Below, in pieces: positions 56,310-64,000 of a stretch of 64,000 nt of DNA. The stretch's first letter is position 1. Each line of letters opens with the position of its first letter. Made by a program: the position numbers and the translations under genes. The stretch lies in the IMG/VR virus record IMGVR_UViG_3300024518_006178, positions 1 to 64,000 of that record. One strand, 5' to 3'. Origin of the DNA: a virus. The notes under the pieces are model-generated. The model searched no databases and was not told the origin of the DNA. It was given only the letters and a program-made list of their open reading frames with translations.

Positions 56310-56783
56310 ATGGTACCGGCAATTATGTTGGCTCAGGTAAGTGACGAGGCGGGACAGGCTGCTCTTGATGCAGCCATTCAGGCTGCGACTGCATTGGCGC
56401 AGGGCGGCAGCGTGGTTTGGAAGATCGTGCTTATTGTGCTCACGTTGGTGGGCGCACCCTTAGCGGCGCTTGCGATCTTCTATATCAACAAGTTGATGAA
56501 GAAGACGGGCATTGAGTTCGGCGAGACCTTGCAGATAATGGTTCGTAGTCAGGCCGACCGGGTTATCGATCAGGTGGAGGCCTGGGCCAATAAGAAAGCC
56601 AAAGAGGGAAGCAAGCAGGACAGTAAGTCCAAGCTGGCGAAGGGCCTGGCCCTGCTGACTGCTGTGCTAGAGTCTACTGGCGCAGACAAGATGGTGTCCA
56701 GCAAGCTTGAGCATATTCTTGAGGAGCGTCTCATGGCGCGTAACATCGTAAAAACCGAGGGGTCCAGCTCGGACCCTTCTTAA
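56310..56783 (+). CDS. putative holin (LL-H-like)
   Basis: One strong TM segment, then V..VE.W..K..K...K...AL...IE pattern. Confidence 0.5.
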   Translation: MVPAIMLAQVSDEAGQAALDAAIQAATALAQGGSVVWKIVLIVLTLVGAPLAALAIFYINKLMKKTGIEFGETLQIMVRSQADRVIDQVEAWANKKAKEGSKQDSKSKLAKGLALLTAVLESTGADKMVSSKLEHILEERLMARNIVKTEGSSSDPS

Positions 56784-56795
56784 CCGGCAAAGGAG

Positions 56796-57053
56796 ATGGT
56801 GATGCGAAAGATTCTTATTCCGCTCGTTTTGGTGGCCTTGTTGCTGCCAGCGTGCAATCCGCTTTCGAAGCTGGGGCAGGACGCGGTGAAACAGAACCGC
56901 GAGAACGTGGCGTGGATGAGCACGGAGCTGACGAGGTATCTGGACAAGGACGAGAAAGAGGACAAGGACACGCTGGACGACGTGAGACTGGGGATCAAAA
57001 AGGCCATGAGCCTGGCTCTCAAGATCGAGAAACAGGTCAAGGAGGACAAATAA
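56796..57053 (+). CDS. small lipoprotein (possible o-spanin)
   Basis: Signal peptide with lipobox LPAC; AAGGAG RBS. Confidence 0.65.
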   Translation: MVMRKILIPLVLVALLLPACNPLSKLGQDAVKQNRENVAWMSTELTRYLDKDEKEDKDTLDDVRLGIKKAMSLALKIEKQVKEDK

Positions 57054-57382
57054 TGGGAACCGAAGAACAAATCTCCAAGCTGGCGGACTCGCTCAAGGAT
57101 CAAATCGTGAGCGACGCGGCCACAGTCATCAAGGACATGACCGCTGAAGACACGGAGTTCTTCGCGGATCTGGCCAAGCGATACGCCAAGGCGTATTTCA
57201 AGAAGAAGACGGGCGACGCAGATGATCAGGCGTCCGCCGAGAGGAGCATCGAGGCTCTTGACATTGCCATGGGCTCCAAGGTCGCCGAGCGTGGGCTCGA
57301 CTTCATTGAGCACGGCCAGGACATGTTGATGAGCATCCTGAAGACCGTGGGCAAGACCGTGCTCACGCTCGCCCTTGCGTAG
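57053..57382 (+). CDS. hypothetical helical protein
   Basis: ATG at 57053 overlapping the previous stop; GGAGG RBS. Confidence 0.6.
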   Translation: MGTEEQISKLADSLKDQIVSDAATVIKDMTAEDTEFFADLAKRYAKAYFKKKTGDADDQASAERSIEALDIAMGSKVAERGLDFIEHGQDMLMSILKTVGKTVLTLALA

Positions 57383-57391
57383 GAGTAGGCC

Positions 57392-58000
57392 ATGAGCCTA
57401 GCCATCGAGTGGACCGTTGTGGAGGGCGCGTTCAGCTACACTGTTCAGCGCTCTCCAGCTGGCGGAAACAGTTTCGTAGATATAGCTACGGATGAGTCGG
57501 GGCCGGTGTATATAGATACAACGAACCCCAGTGACTTCACGTTGCTATATCAGGTCATCGCCATAGACTCGAAGGGCGATGAGCTTGGATCCAATCCGAC
57601 CACGCCGCTCACCATCTATGAGGTGGATGAGACGACGTTGTGCTGCCTGTCTGGTAGGCTTGTCGATGCCACGGGGCGACCCCTGGATGACGCCGAGGTG
57701 CGCATCTATGAGCGTCCTGGGGACGAAAAGTTCTATCAGGACCTGCGGACAAACATCGGTGACGATGCTCATCAGTTCTCGGATGCGGATGATCTTATTG
57801 AGGCCTCCTGGGAGCGGGAGGTCCAGACGGATGGCCAGGGCCGATTCCAGATCTACCTGCTGCGCAACAAGCTGTTCGTCGTGTTCGAGCCAAGGACGAA
57901 GCTAAAGCTGTGGTTCATGGTCCCGGACCAGGTCGCTGTCGGTCTGCACGAGATCGAGGGCACATTCGGATACCGGATCAGGATACACAATCCGTTCTAA
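57392..58000 (+). CDS. FN3 plus carboxypeptidase-regulatory-like domain virion protein
   Basis: W..V.GA.SY.VQRS; SGRLVDATG.PL..A.V; TDGQGRF. Confidence 0.55.
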   Translation: MSLAIEWTVVEGAFSYTVQRSPAGGNSFVDIATDESGPVYIDTTNPSDFTLLYQVIAIDSKGDELGSNPTTPLTIYEVDETTLCCLSGRLVDATGRPLDDAEVRIYERPGDEKFYQDLRTNIGDDAHQFSDADDLIEASWEREVQTDGQGRFQIYLLRNKLFVVFEPRTKLKLWFMVPDQVAVGLHEIEGTFGYRIRIHNPF

Positions 58001-58010
58001 GGGTTAGAGA

Positions 58011-59357
58011 ATGCCTACACCGACTGGCGTAACGATGACGATCAACACGGGCGACGAGGCCACAAACGACCTCGACGTGACCCTGAGCATCGCCGCCACA
58101 GGCGCGGATGAGATGCGCTTCTCGAACAACGGCGGCTTTAGCTGGTCGCCGTTCGAGGCGTACGCCACATCCAAAGCCTGGAACATGTCCGACTTCGATG
58201 GCTTGGCCAGCGAGGGCATTAAGACGGTCCTCATGGAGGTCCGGGATCTTTTTGATGACGAACGAGCCCAGGTAACGGACTTCATCCTCTTCGACGTGCC
58301 CGTCCCCAGGATCGTTTTTGATGCGCTAACACCGCCGTTTCAGAGGTCGGACACCAATATAGTCGAAATACCCTACGCGGGATTCGAGGACTCCCTGGCG
58401 GCTGCTGACGCCGTGGCTCTTCTTGGTGCAGAGATTGATACCAGCGGGCTATTTACTGGGGGTGAATTAGACCTTCTGGAGCTCCCTGGCGACTCCCTGA
58501 ATGACGGAAGGGTGGGCCTGCTCTTCTCAAATGCGGGAGAGAGCCTGGTCTTTGTGGCGGATCTCCTCGGAACATTTGGCATGGAGATCGCCAGCGCTGC
58601 AACACGTGTCCGCCTGAAGCCCCAGTTCGGGTCGAAAACCGGCGACTGGGCTGTGTCCCCGGCATTTACCATTCAGATACAGGATCCTCCTGTCACTGAG
58701 GAGCTGGGCCGGAAGACGATTCCGGGGCGCGCTATCACGCTCGTGGCCTATTTCCGGAACGCCCTCAATGAGCTTGAGGACCCCACGGTTGGCCCGACCC
58801 TGGAGGAGGTTTTGGACTCGACGGACACCGATCAGCTCGGTGGGTCTGTTCCAATGGTGTCGACGGTTGCTGGGGTATGGACCTATAGCTTCACGCCAGC
58901 GGTCACCGACCCGGTGGGGCAATGGCGATACAGGGTCAGCTACGAGATGGGGGGACCCGTTGGCGCAGAAGAGCTGCTGGGATTCTTCATCGTAGAAACC
59001 CCCACCGTGGCTTCGTTCCCGCTTCAGAACGACACATGCGTGCTGTACGGCGATCTGTTTCTGGGCGACGGAATGCCCTTCGAGAATGCGCTGGTCCAGG
59101 TCGCGCCCCACCATTTGTCGGATCCCGAGCTGGGGAATACGACCAGCGTCTCTACCTCGCGCAGGGAAGTTCTTACGGATGCAAACGGACATTTCGAGAT
59201 AGAGATGATCAGGAATACAGAGGTAGTGGTGCGAATTCCCGATCTGGGCTACAAGCAGTTCGGTAAGATACCCGACGATGACGCCGCCGAGTACAAGACT
59301 ATTACCACCCTGCTGCCGACCGGCACGCGAGATAAGTTCGGCAACAGGGTCCCATAG
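58011..59357 (+). CDS. Ig-like multi-domain virion protein
   Basis: IN.G...TN..DVTLS, MRFSN; C-terminal domain paralogous to 57392..58000 (TDANGHF). Confidence 0.55.
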   Translation: MPTPTGVTMTINTGDEATNDLDVTLSIAATGADEMRFSNNGGFSWSPFEAYATSKAWNMSDFDGLASEGIKTVLMEVRDLFDDERAQVTDFILFDVPVPRIVFDALTPPFQRSDTNIVEIPYAGFEDSLAAADAVALLGAEIDTSGLFTGGELDLLELPGDSLNDGRVGLLFSNAGESLVFVADLLGTFGMEIASAATRVRLKPQFGSKTGDWAVSPAFTIQIQDPPVTEELGRKTIPGRAITLVAYFRNALNELEDPTVGPTLEEVLDSTDTDQLGGSVPMVSTVAGVWTYSFTPAVTDPVGQWRYRVSYEMGGPVGAEELLGFFIVETPTVASFPLQNDTCVLYGDLFLGDGMPFENALVQVAPHHLSDPELGNTTSVSTSRREVLTDANGHFEIEMIRNTEVVVRIPDLGYKQFGKIPDDDAAEYKTITTLLPTGTRDKFGNRVP

Positions 59358-59359
59358 CT

Positions 59360-59392
59360 AAAAAAGGGGGGCGGCAATGCGCCCGCCCCCCG
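59360..59392 (-). terminator. intrinsic terminator closing the retron operon
   Basis: GGGGGGCGG/CCGCCCCCC stem plus T6 on the minus strand. Confidence 0.7.
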
Positions 59393-59396
59393 TGTA

Positions 59397-59585
59397 CTAC
59401 CTCTTCTTCATTCGAGTCCCGGTCAGCGTCAGCACGCTGCTCGGCTCGAACATCATTGGGTCAGAGTCTCCTTGTTTGTTAGACCTGACCCTCTTCGCGA
59501 TCTGCGCGCCGAAGTACAGCGCGGCACCTAAATACATCGAAACCTCGATGCCAACATCGACCCAACTAACAGCAGTTCTCTTCAT
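59397..59585 (-). CDS. small single-TM protein
   Basis: GGAGG RBS; hydrophobic VGIEVSMYLGAALYFGAQI segment. Confidence 0.5.
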   Translation of the reverse strand: MKRTAVSWVDVGIEVSMYLGAALYFGAQIAKRVRSNKQGDSDPMMFEPSSVLTLTGTRMKKR

Positions 59586-59633
59586 GCTTCGCCCTCCAGG
59601 TTTTGACTCCCAACATGGGAGCTTTTTCCGGGG

Positions 59634-59972
59634 CTACTCAGGAATCGTCATAGGGATACCATTTAGCGACTTTTCCTTAGGGTCGATAAGCAACGTTCGG
59701 TCAAGGACCTCTCCTTCTGATGGGTCACTGACCTTGCCAGACTTCTTCGAGCTTCCGGTCTTGATACGACGGTATAGCTTGTCGTCTTGAAGTTGCTCGA
59801 TGAGGGCCTGCATCCTTTTCACCGTTTTCACGCAGGCTCGCCTTCTTGCAAGAGTGACCTCGTCCAGATCTTGAGTGCTCATCATCCGTGTGATCTGGAC
59901 GTGCTGACGGGACGCCTCTTCCATCTGTTTTGTATATACCCTAATTAGGATCTCTCTTTCTAGTTTTGTCAT
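59634..59972 (-). CDS. 112-aa basic helical protein coupled to the RT (candidate retron accessory)
   Basis: ATG overlaps the RT stop (ATGA); GGAGGT RBS. Confidence 0.6.
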   Translation of the reverse strand: MTKLEREILIRVYTKQMEEASRQHVQITRMMSTQDLDEVTLARRRACVKTVKRMQALIEQLQDDKLYRRIKTGSSKKSGKVSDPSEGEVLDRTLLIDPKEKSLNGIPMTIPE

Positions 59973-61318
59973 ATCAGTAGGACCTCCCACTGCGTTTTCA
60001 TTCTATTTGTTCTTTCCGGATTCACCATTTGGAAGAACGCTAGGTTTCCGGACACCCATCCGGTGAATCTTTTGGGCGACACGCCCGCCTTTTTGGCCGC
60101 AGCCGGTATACCCAGTACCTTGGCGTTGTGGATCGCCGCTCGCACGCGACGGAACTTCTGGCGAGAGATATTGGGCTTCTCGTTTGCCACGAGACCTGTT
60201 ACCCACTGTCTGCGCCCCCTTCTCATGATTTTGGTCTTTGCCTCATTCACCTGGAATCCCTCCTCTGCGACTATCCGTTTTACGACGCTGATGATGCCAT
60301 CCACGGCACCGAGGACGTAATTAGGGTTGTCTGCCCTGCTGAACGAGAAGGTTATGTCGTCCGCGTATCTTGTGTACGTCCACTTTTGGCGGCCCAGGTA
60401 GCTCTGTAGCTTCTTGTCTAGGCGGTAGGTCACCATGTTGGACAGACGTGGGCTGGTCGGTGCCCCCTGCGGCAGAGCGCCCTTCCATGTGGATATGGCC
60501 GTGATTATTCCGGCCACCTTAGTGTCGAGCCCCACGCTTTTTAGGGCTCCGAATACGCGCGGGAACCCAATCGAAGGGAAGAAGTCCTTTAGGTCTAGGC
60601 TGATCACAATGTCCTTACCCGAATGCCGCTCGGCATTCTCGCGAATGCTAATGCCGGGCTCAAATCCCACGGATGCCGGATGGGCTGGGACCTGATAGAG
60701 GACGTGTTCGAGTATGGCTTTTTGCAGCCACTTGAGTGCGCTGTTCGGGGCGGTGATCTCTCGCTGCCCTGTTCCGTTCCTTTTCGGGACGAACCAACTG
60801 TGGTACAGCGTTGGGTCCTTGTGGGCTAGACGCCTCAGCATCCAGGTGATAAGTCGGTTCTTTCTGCCAACAGCCATGGCCAGATCGAACGACGTTTTTA
60901 AGTCCGAGATCTTTATGGTGGGAACCTTGACCGGCTGAGAGATGATGAAGCCATACTCCTCATTCATAGGAGCGCATCTCTTGCATACCGCCTTCTTCAT
61001 GGGGTAGCAGATCTTGTAGTGCGTGCAGGCACCACAGATCGGGGACGCCAGCCAGTTCATGCAATTGCGACGATTGTTCTTGTTGTTGTGTTGCCAGCAG
61101 GCGAACCTATTGGCACAGGCTTCACATACGGAGGCGTGCGTCTTGCCGCCCAGGACAAACGGTGTGCTCCAGAATATCTTGCTGACAGTTACGGCACCTT
61201 CGTAGCTTTTTTCCGCAGGGGTTGTCTGCACGACCCCCTGGCTCGACTTCACTTTCCTCAAGAATACAGGGTGTCGCTGCCCTTTGTGATCAAGGAAATA
61301 GCAGTCATCTGGCTTCAT
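59969..61318 (-). CDS. retron-type reverse transcriptase with Cys-rich N-terminal domain
   Basis: PKR.G..REI.AP, NAERH (region X NAxxH), DLKDFFPSI, LPQGAPTSP, YTRYADD, VTGL (region Y). Confidence 0.92.
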   Translation of the reverse strand: MKPDDCYFLDHKGQRHPVFLRKVKSSQGVVQTTPAEKSYEGAVTVSKIFWSTPFVLGGKTHASVCEACANRFACWQHNNKNNRRNCMNWLASPICGACTHYKICYPMKKAVCKRCAPMNEEYGFIISQPVKVPTIKISDLKTSFDLAMAVGRKNRLITWMLRRLAHKDPTLYHSWFVPKRNGTGQREITAPNSALKWLQKAILEHVLYQVPAHPASVGFEPGISIRENAERHSGKDIVISLDLKDFFPSIGFPRVFGALKSVGLDTKVAGIITAISTWKGALPQGAPTSPRLSNMVTYRLDKKLQSYLGRQKWTYTRYADDITFSFSRADNPNYVLGAVDGIISVVKRIVAEEGFQVNEAKTKIMRRGRRQWVTGLVANEKPNISRQKFRRVRAAIHNAKVLGIPAAAKKAGVSPKRFTGWVSGNLAFFQMVNPERTNRMKTQWEVLLI

Positions 61319-61323
61319 ATCTT

Positions 61324-61733
61324 CAGCTCCTATCTTTAGTTTCCAATCGTCTAGGTTGCCAAATATCTCGAAATGGCTTTACTCGCAGAGTAAATGCATG
61401 AGAGATATTGTCGCAATCGTAAGTGTGTGTCGAGAACGATAGATCCCAGACGGCGAGACGCCGTCACAATATACATAGGAGTTGCTAAGGCAGGCCTGCT
61501 TTACTTGGCGCGGCGGCTGGATGCGTCCGCCGCCTCGGCGGAAGCATCTCTTCCTAAAACCGACGCAATTAACACGTTGTGTTGTGGAGAAACAAAAGTC
61601 CACCAGGGGCGAAGCGCCCCTGTAATGTACCAGGCCCTTGCTTGACTATACGTGGTCCACCCAGATTGGACACGGCATCACAAAATACTCTTCCGTAACG
61701 GCGATGCGCCGTTGAAATACACCAAGGGCTTTA
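61324..61733 (-). ncRNA. structured leader / second ncRNA domain upstream of the RT
   Basis: At least 8 hairpins, three of them GGCG-N3-CGCC; anti-SD pairing to the RT RBS; no credible ORF. Confidence 0.55.
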
Positions 61734-62025
61734 TCTACCGGCTGGCTGCTAACGGACCCCTTTGCTTTCATGGCTGGTCAGTAAAGATCCAGCTTTCTAT
61801 GCGCGGACGCAAGGCGACCGTTGGACGTAGCGAGGAGCAACGAGGACAGCATGCGCAGCGTGATCCCGCAGTTGCCCACAGCGGTGTCCGTAGGTCGCCT
61901 GAGTACGCACAGCGGAAAGCGTTAAGGATCTTTCGAGACCTGCCCTGAGGGGTTTTGTCGTCTATTTCTCTGTGGAGGCCGAATCGGTCCCCGCCTGCCC
62001 GCTAATGGGCTACCCAGCCGGTAGA
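61734..62025 (-). ncRNA. retron msr-msd ncRNA
   Basis: 12-bp terminal inverted repeat (61734-61745 / 62014-62025), two short msr-like hairpins, long interrupted msd-like stem at 61756-61953. Confidence 0.78.
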
Positions 62026-62037
62026 ATGGAGGACGGC

Positions 62038-62772
62038 CTATTTCATTGGAATAAGCATCAGCCGCCACCCTAGTTTATCCGTCTTGACCCACCAATTGCG
62101 CGATTCTGTTTCGACGGCGCACTTTAGTGGAAGACTGCGGTGTACCGGGCAGTCTTCCATGTGTATCTCGAAGTACCCGTCCTTGTTCTTAAAGCACTTG
62201 TTTATGTGGCCCAATTCTCCATCAAGATCGACGCGTCTTCTTTTGCGGACGCATTCCCGTAGCTTGCTGCGAAAATCAGCAAAAGGCTTTAGTTTGAAGC
62301 GTGTCTTTACCTGGACCTGTATGGCATACGCATGTATTGCCGTCTGCCATGCGGGGTAGTACGTCGACTGAGCGGAGGCGTCCCCTATGCAAATATCTTC
62401 GACGTTATAGTCGATCACACACGGATCCACCAGATATTGCATCATATACGGCCTTCGCTCTTCGGCCAATGAGGGCACCCTTGCATCTACCCAGATCTCA
62501 TCCCCGCTATTGGATTTATCTACCTGCACGATCTCTGGCAGTGCAATGGGCTTGGCGTCACAGAGCCATTCGATTGGCTCCGATAGACTCTTGCAAAGCG
62601 TCAGGGAAGTCATCGCTGAAAGCTTTGCGATGCTGAACCCCTTCTCTTGGCCTTCCATGGCGTGCTCACAGGCACGAACCTTTTGAATGTCATGCGCATG
62701 CTTTGCGGATCTTAATTGCTCCCTCAATATCGCCATGACTCGGGGGGCAATGTCTTGATATGTTGCTGTCAT
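62038..62772 (-). CDS. hypothetical protein directly upstream of the retron ncRNA
   Basis: AAGGAGG RBS; 244 aa. Confidence 0.65.
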   Translation of the reverse strand: MTATYQDIAPRVMAILREQLRSAKHAHDIQKVRACEHAMEGQEKGFSIAKLSAMTSLTLCKSLSEPIEWLCDAKPIALPEIVQVDKSNSGDEIWVDARVPSLAEERRPYMMQYLVDPCVIDYNVEDICIGDASAQSTYYPAWQTAIHAYAIQVQVKTRFKLKPFADFRSKLRECVRKRRRVDLDGELGHINKCFKNKDGYFEIHMEDCPVHRSLPLKCAVETESRNWWVKTDKLGWRLMLIPMK

Positions 62773-62800
62773 GAGCGTCCTCCTTCGTCGCTCTTATACC

Positions 62801-62831
62801 AAAAAAAGGGCGGGGGTCACCCCCGCCCTTA
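62801..62831 (-). terminator. intrinsic terminator immediately followed by a GGTATAAG motif
   Basis: AAGGGCGGGG/CCCCGCCCTT stem plus T7. Confidence 0.7.
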
Positions 62832-62838
62832 AGTTTGG

Positions 62839-63939
62839 CTATTGAAGCCACTTGCCGAAGCGAGTAGTGTTGTAGATCATCTGTCCAGCCACGTTTTGCA
62901 GCTTTTCCTTGCGATCCATTGAAATCTCCGCCAGCGCGCCTGCCATCGCAATGGCCTGCACGGCGTCGAACAGAGTGACGGTCGTGGCCACGTTCCAGAA
63001 CTCCTCGACCGCCCTTCGTTGGCCTATATCCAGGGCGAACGCATCGAAGACGCGCTCCCTGAACTCATCAGGGTCCAGGATCTTTACGTGTTGTGTGGCC
63101 TCGACTTCGTTGAGGCTCGCCTCCATCTTCTCGATGAGAAACTCGACGGAGGCCTTGAACTCCTTGTCGAAGTCCTCCTTCTTCTTCAGATGTGTGCGAC
63201 GGAACCCCTGGTATCCCGTCATGATAACGCCAGTGCTGTCCGTGGCGTTCACGGTGAGTAGCTCGCATGCGAGGCTGCCGCAACCGATCTCGGAGTTCTT
63301 CAGTCTGATGGCCCCGTGAATCTCCTTGCCGCAGATCGTGCGCACCATGTCCGGGTTGCGCAGATCCACGTACAAATTCGTCGGGGAATGGGTGAACGTG
63401 AGCGACCATCCGGGCTGGTTCGGCAGGTAGCTGGACAGCAGATCCATGGCCTCAATGTGGTCGTAGACCTCGTAGCGACTGGTTAGGATCCCGCGAATCT
63501 TCTGTGCCCCAGAGTTCTTGTCGAACCGAACGAACCACTTCTTGTTCTTGGGCATGTGGTTCAGCCAGTGATTGGCATGGGCGTCCAGGCGATCTCCGCC
63601 AAGACCTATGGTCTCCATGCAGCGCGTGAAGTACATGAACGGGATTTTCAGCCGCTGACAGAACAACTGAACGGCATGCGGCTCCATGGGGAACATCGCC
63701 GTTACCCCATCCTTCTGATCTTCTGGGACATTGGGGTCATCCAGCATATTCAGAAGGCTGGACCGAATCAGGGTGGGATCCGGGTGCTGTCTGCTCAGGG
63801 TGAAGTCAAATACTTCGATCTCCTCGTCCGAGTAGAACTCGGCGCGAGCGGCCAGGAGGTCCTTGAAGTCGGGTATCGTAATTGGTGTGTCATGGAGACT
63901 GTGTTGCTCCATCGTTTTGGTCGGTGTTGTTGTCACCAT
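62839..63939 (-). CDS. DUF932-like phage protein
   Basis: A..QL/FC.RL.IP..Y, RG.L[TS].RY, L.NSE.G.GSL, RRTH motifs. Confidence 0.6.
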   Translation of the reverse strand: MVTTTPTKTMEQHSLHDTPITIPDFKDLLAARAEFYSDEEIEVFDFTLSRQHPDPTLIRSSLLNMLDDPNVPEDQKDGVTAMFPMEPHAVQLFCQRLKIPFMYFTRCMETIGLGGDRLDAHANHWLNHMPKNKKWFVRFDKNSGAQKIRGILTSRYEVYDHIEAMDLLSSYLPNQPGWSLTFTHSPTNLYVDLRNPDMVRTICGKEIHGAIRLKNSEIGCGSLACELLTVNATDSTGVIMTGYQGFRRTHLKKKEDFDKEFKASVEFLIEKMEASLNEVEATQHVKILDPDEFRERVFDAFALDIGQRRAVEEFWNVATTVTLFDAVQAIAMAGALAEISMDRKEKLQNVAGQMIYNTTRFGKWLQ

Positions 63940-64000
63940 CTGCCTCCTGAATGAACGCCTTCAGCTCCTCTGCCTTGGCGTTTGCCTTTTCGATCATTTC

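Noticed and set aside
5617-59266. Many long antisense or alternative-frame ORFs (e.g. 8415..9362, 11035..11973, 26739..27650, 39274..40362)
   Set aside because: Shadow ORFs of GC-rich genes; they overlap better-supported CDSs and lack motifs.
59969-61318. RT as part of a diversity-generating retroelement or group II intron
   Set aside because: NAxxH and VTG motifs are retron-type. I saw no TR/VR pair differing at adenines, no maturase/endonuclease domain and no interrupted host gene.
61379-61948. ORFs 61379..61603 (-), 61394..61645 (+) and 61652..61948 (+)
   Set aside because: No clear RBS or protein motifs, and they coincide with dense hairpins better explained as ncRNA.
1-64000. Stop-codon reassignment (alternative genetic code)
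   Set aside because: Long genes are intact and tightly coupled under the standard code, with TAA, TAG and TGA all used as stops.

Overview
This window is a fragment of a large, GC-rich myovirus-type (contractile-tailed) phage genome using the standard genetic code. It has four blocks. (1) 1-14.3 kb, + strand: a head/neck module with many small proteins sharing an N-terminal F-x-x-E-x-x-K-x-[AGS]/K-x-A motif (including a HiPIP-like and a ferritin-like protein), then neck proteins, tail sheath and tail tube. (2) 14.4-33.3 kb, - strand: a replication/recombination/regulation block (RecU, DnaC-like loader, initiator, UvrD, MazG-like, alpha-CTD-like, SSB, SbcC-like) plus a probable unannotated structured ncRNA at about 16.6-17.1 kb. 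This block sits between the tail tube and the tail chaperone. (3) 33.4-59.4 kb, + strand: tail chaperone with a GGGAAAC -1 frameshift site, tape measure, hub, an embedded sigma factor, baseplate, fibres and holin/lipoprotein. (4) 59.4-64 kb, - strand: a phage-encoded retron-like operon. It has a retron-type RT (NAxxH, YADD, VTG) fused to a Cys-rich N-terminal domain. Upstream lies about 700 nt of non-coding structured sequence: an a1/a2-bounded msr-msd with a roughly 200-nt interrupted hairpin, plus a further 410-nt hairpin array. Small coupled ORFs follow the RT. All protein calls come from motif recognition by eye; no database searches or folding programs were run.
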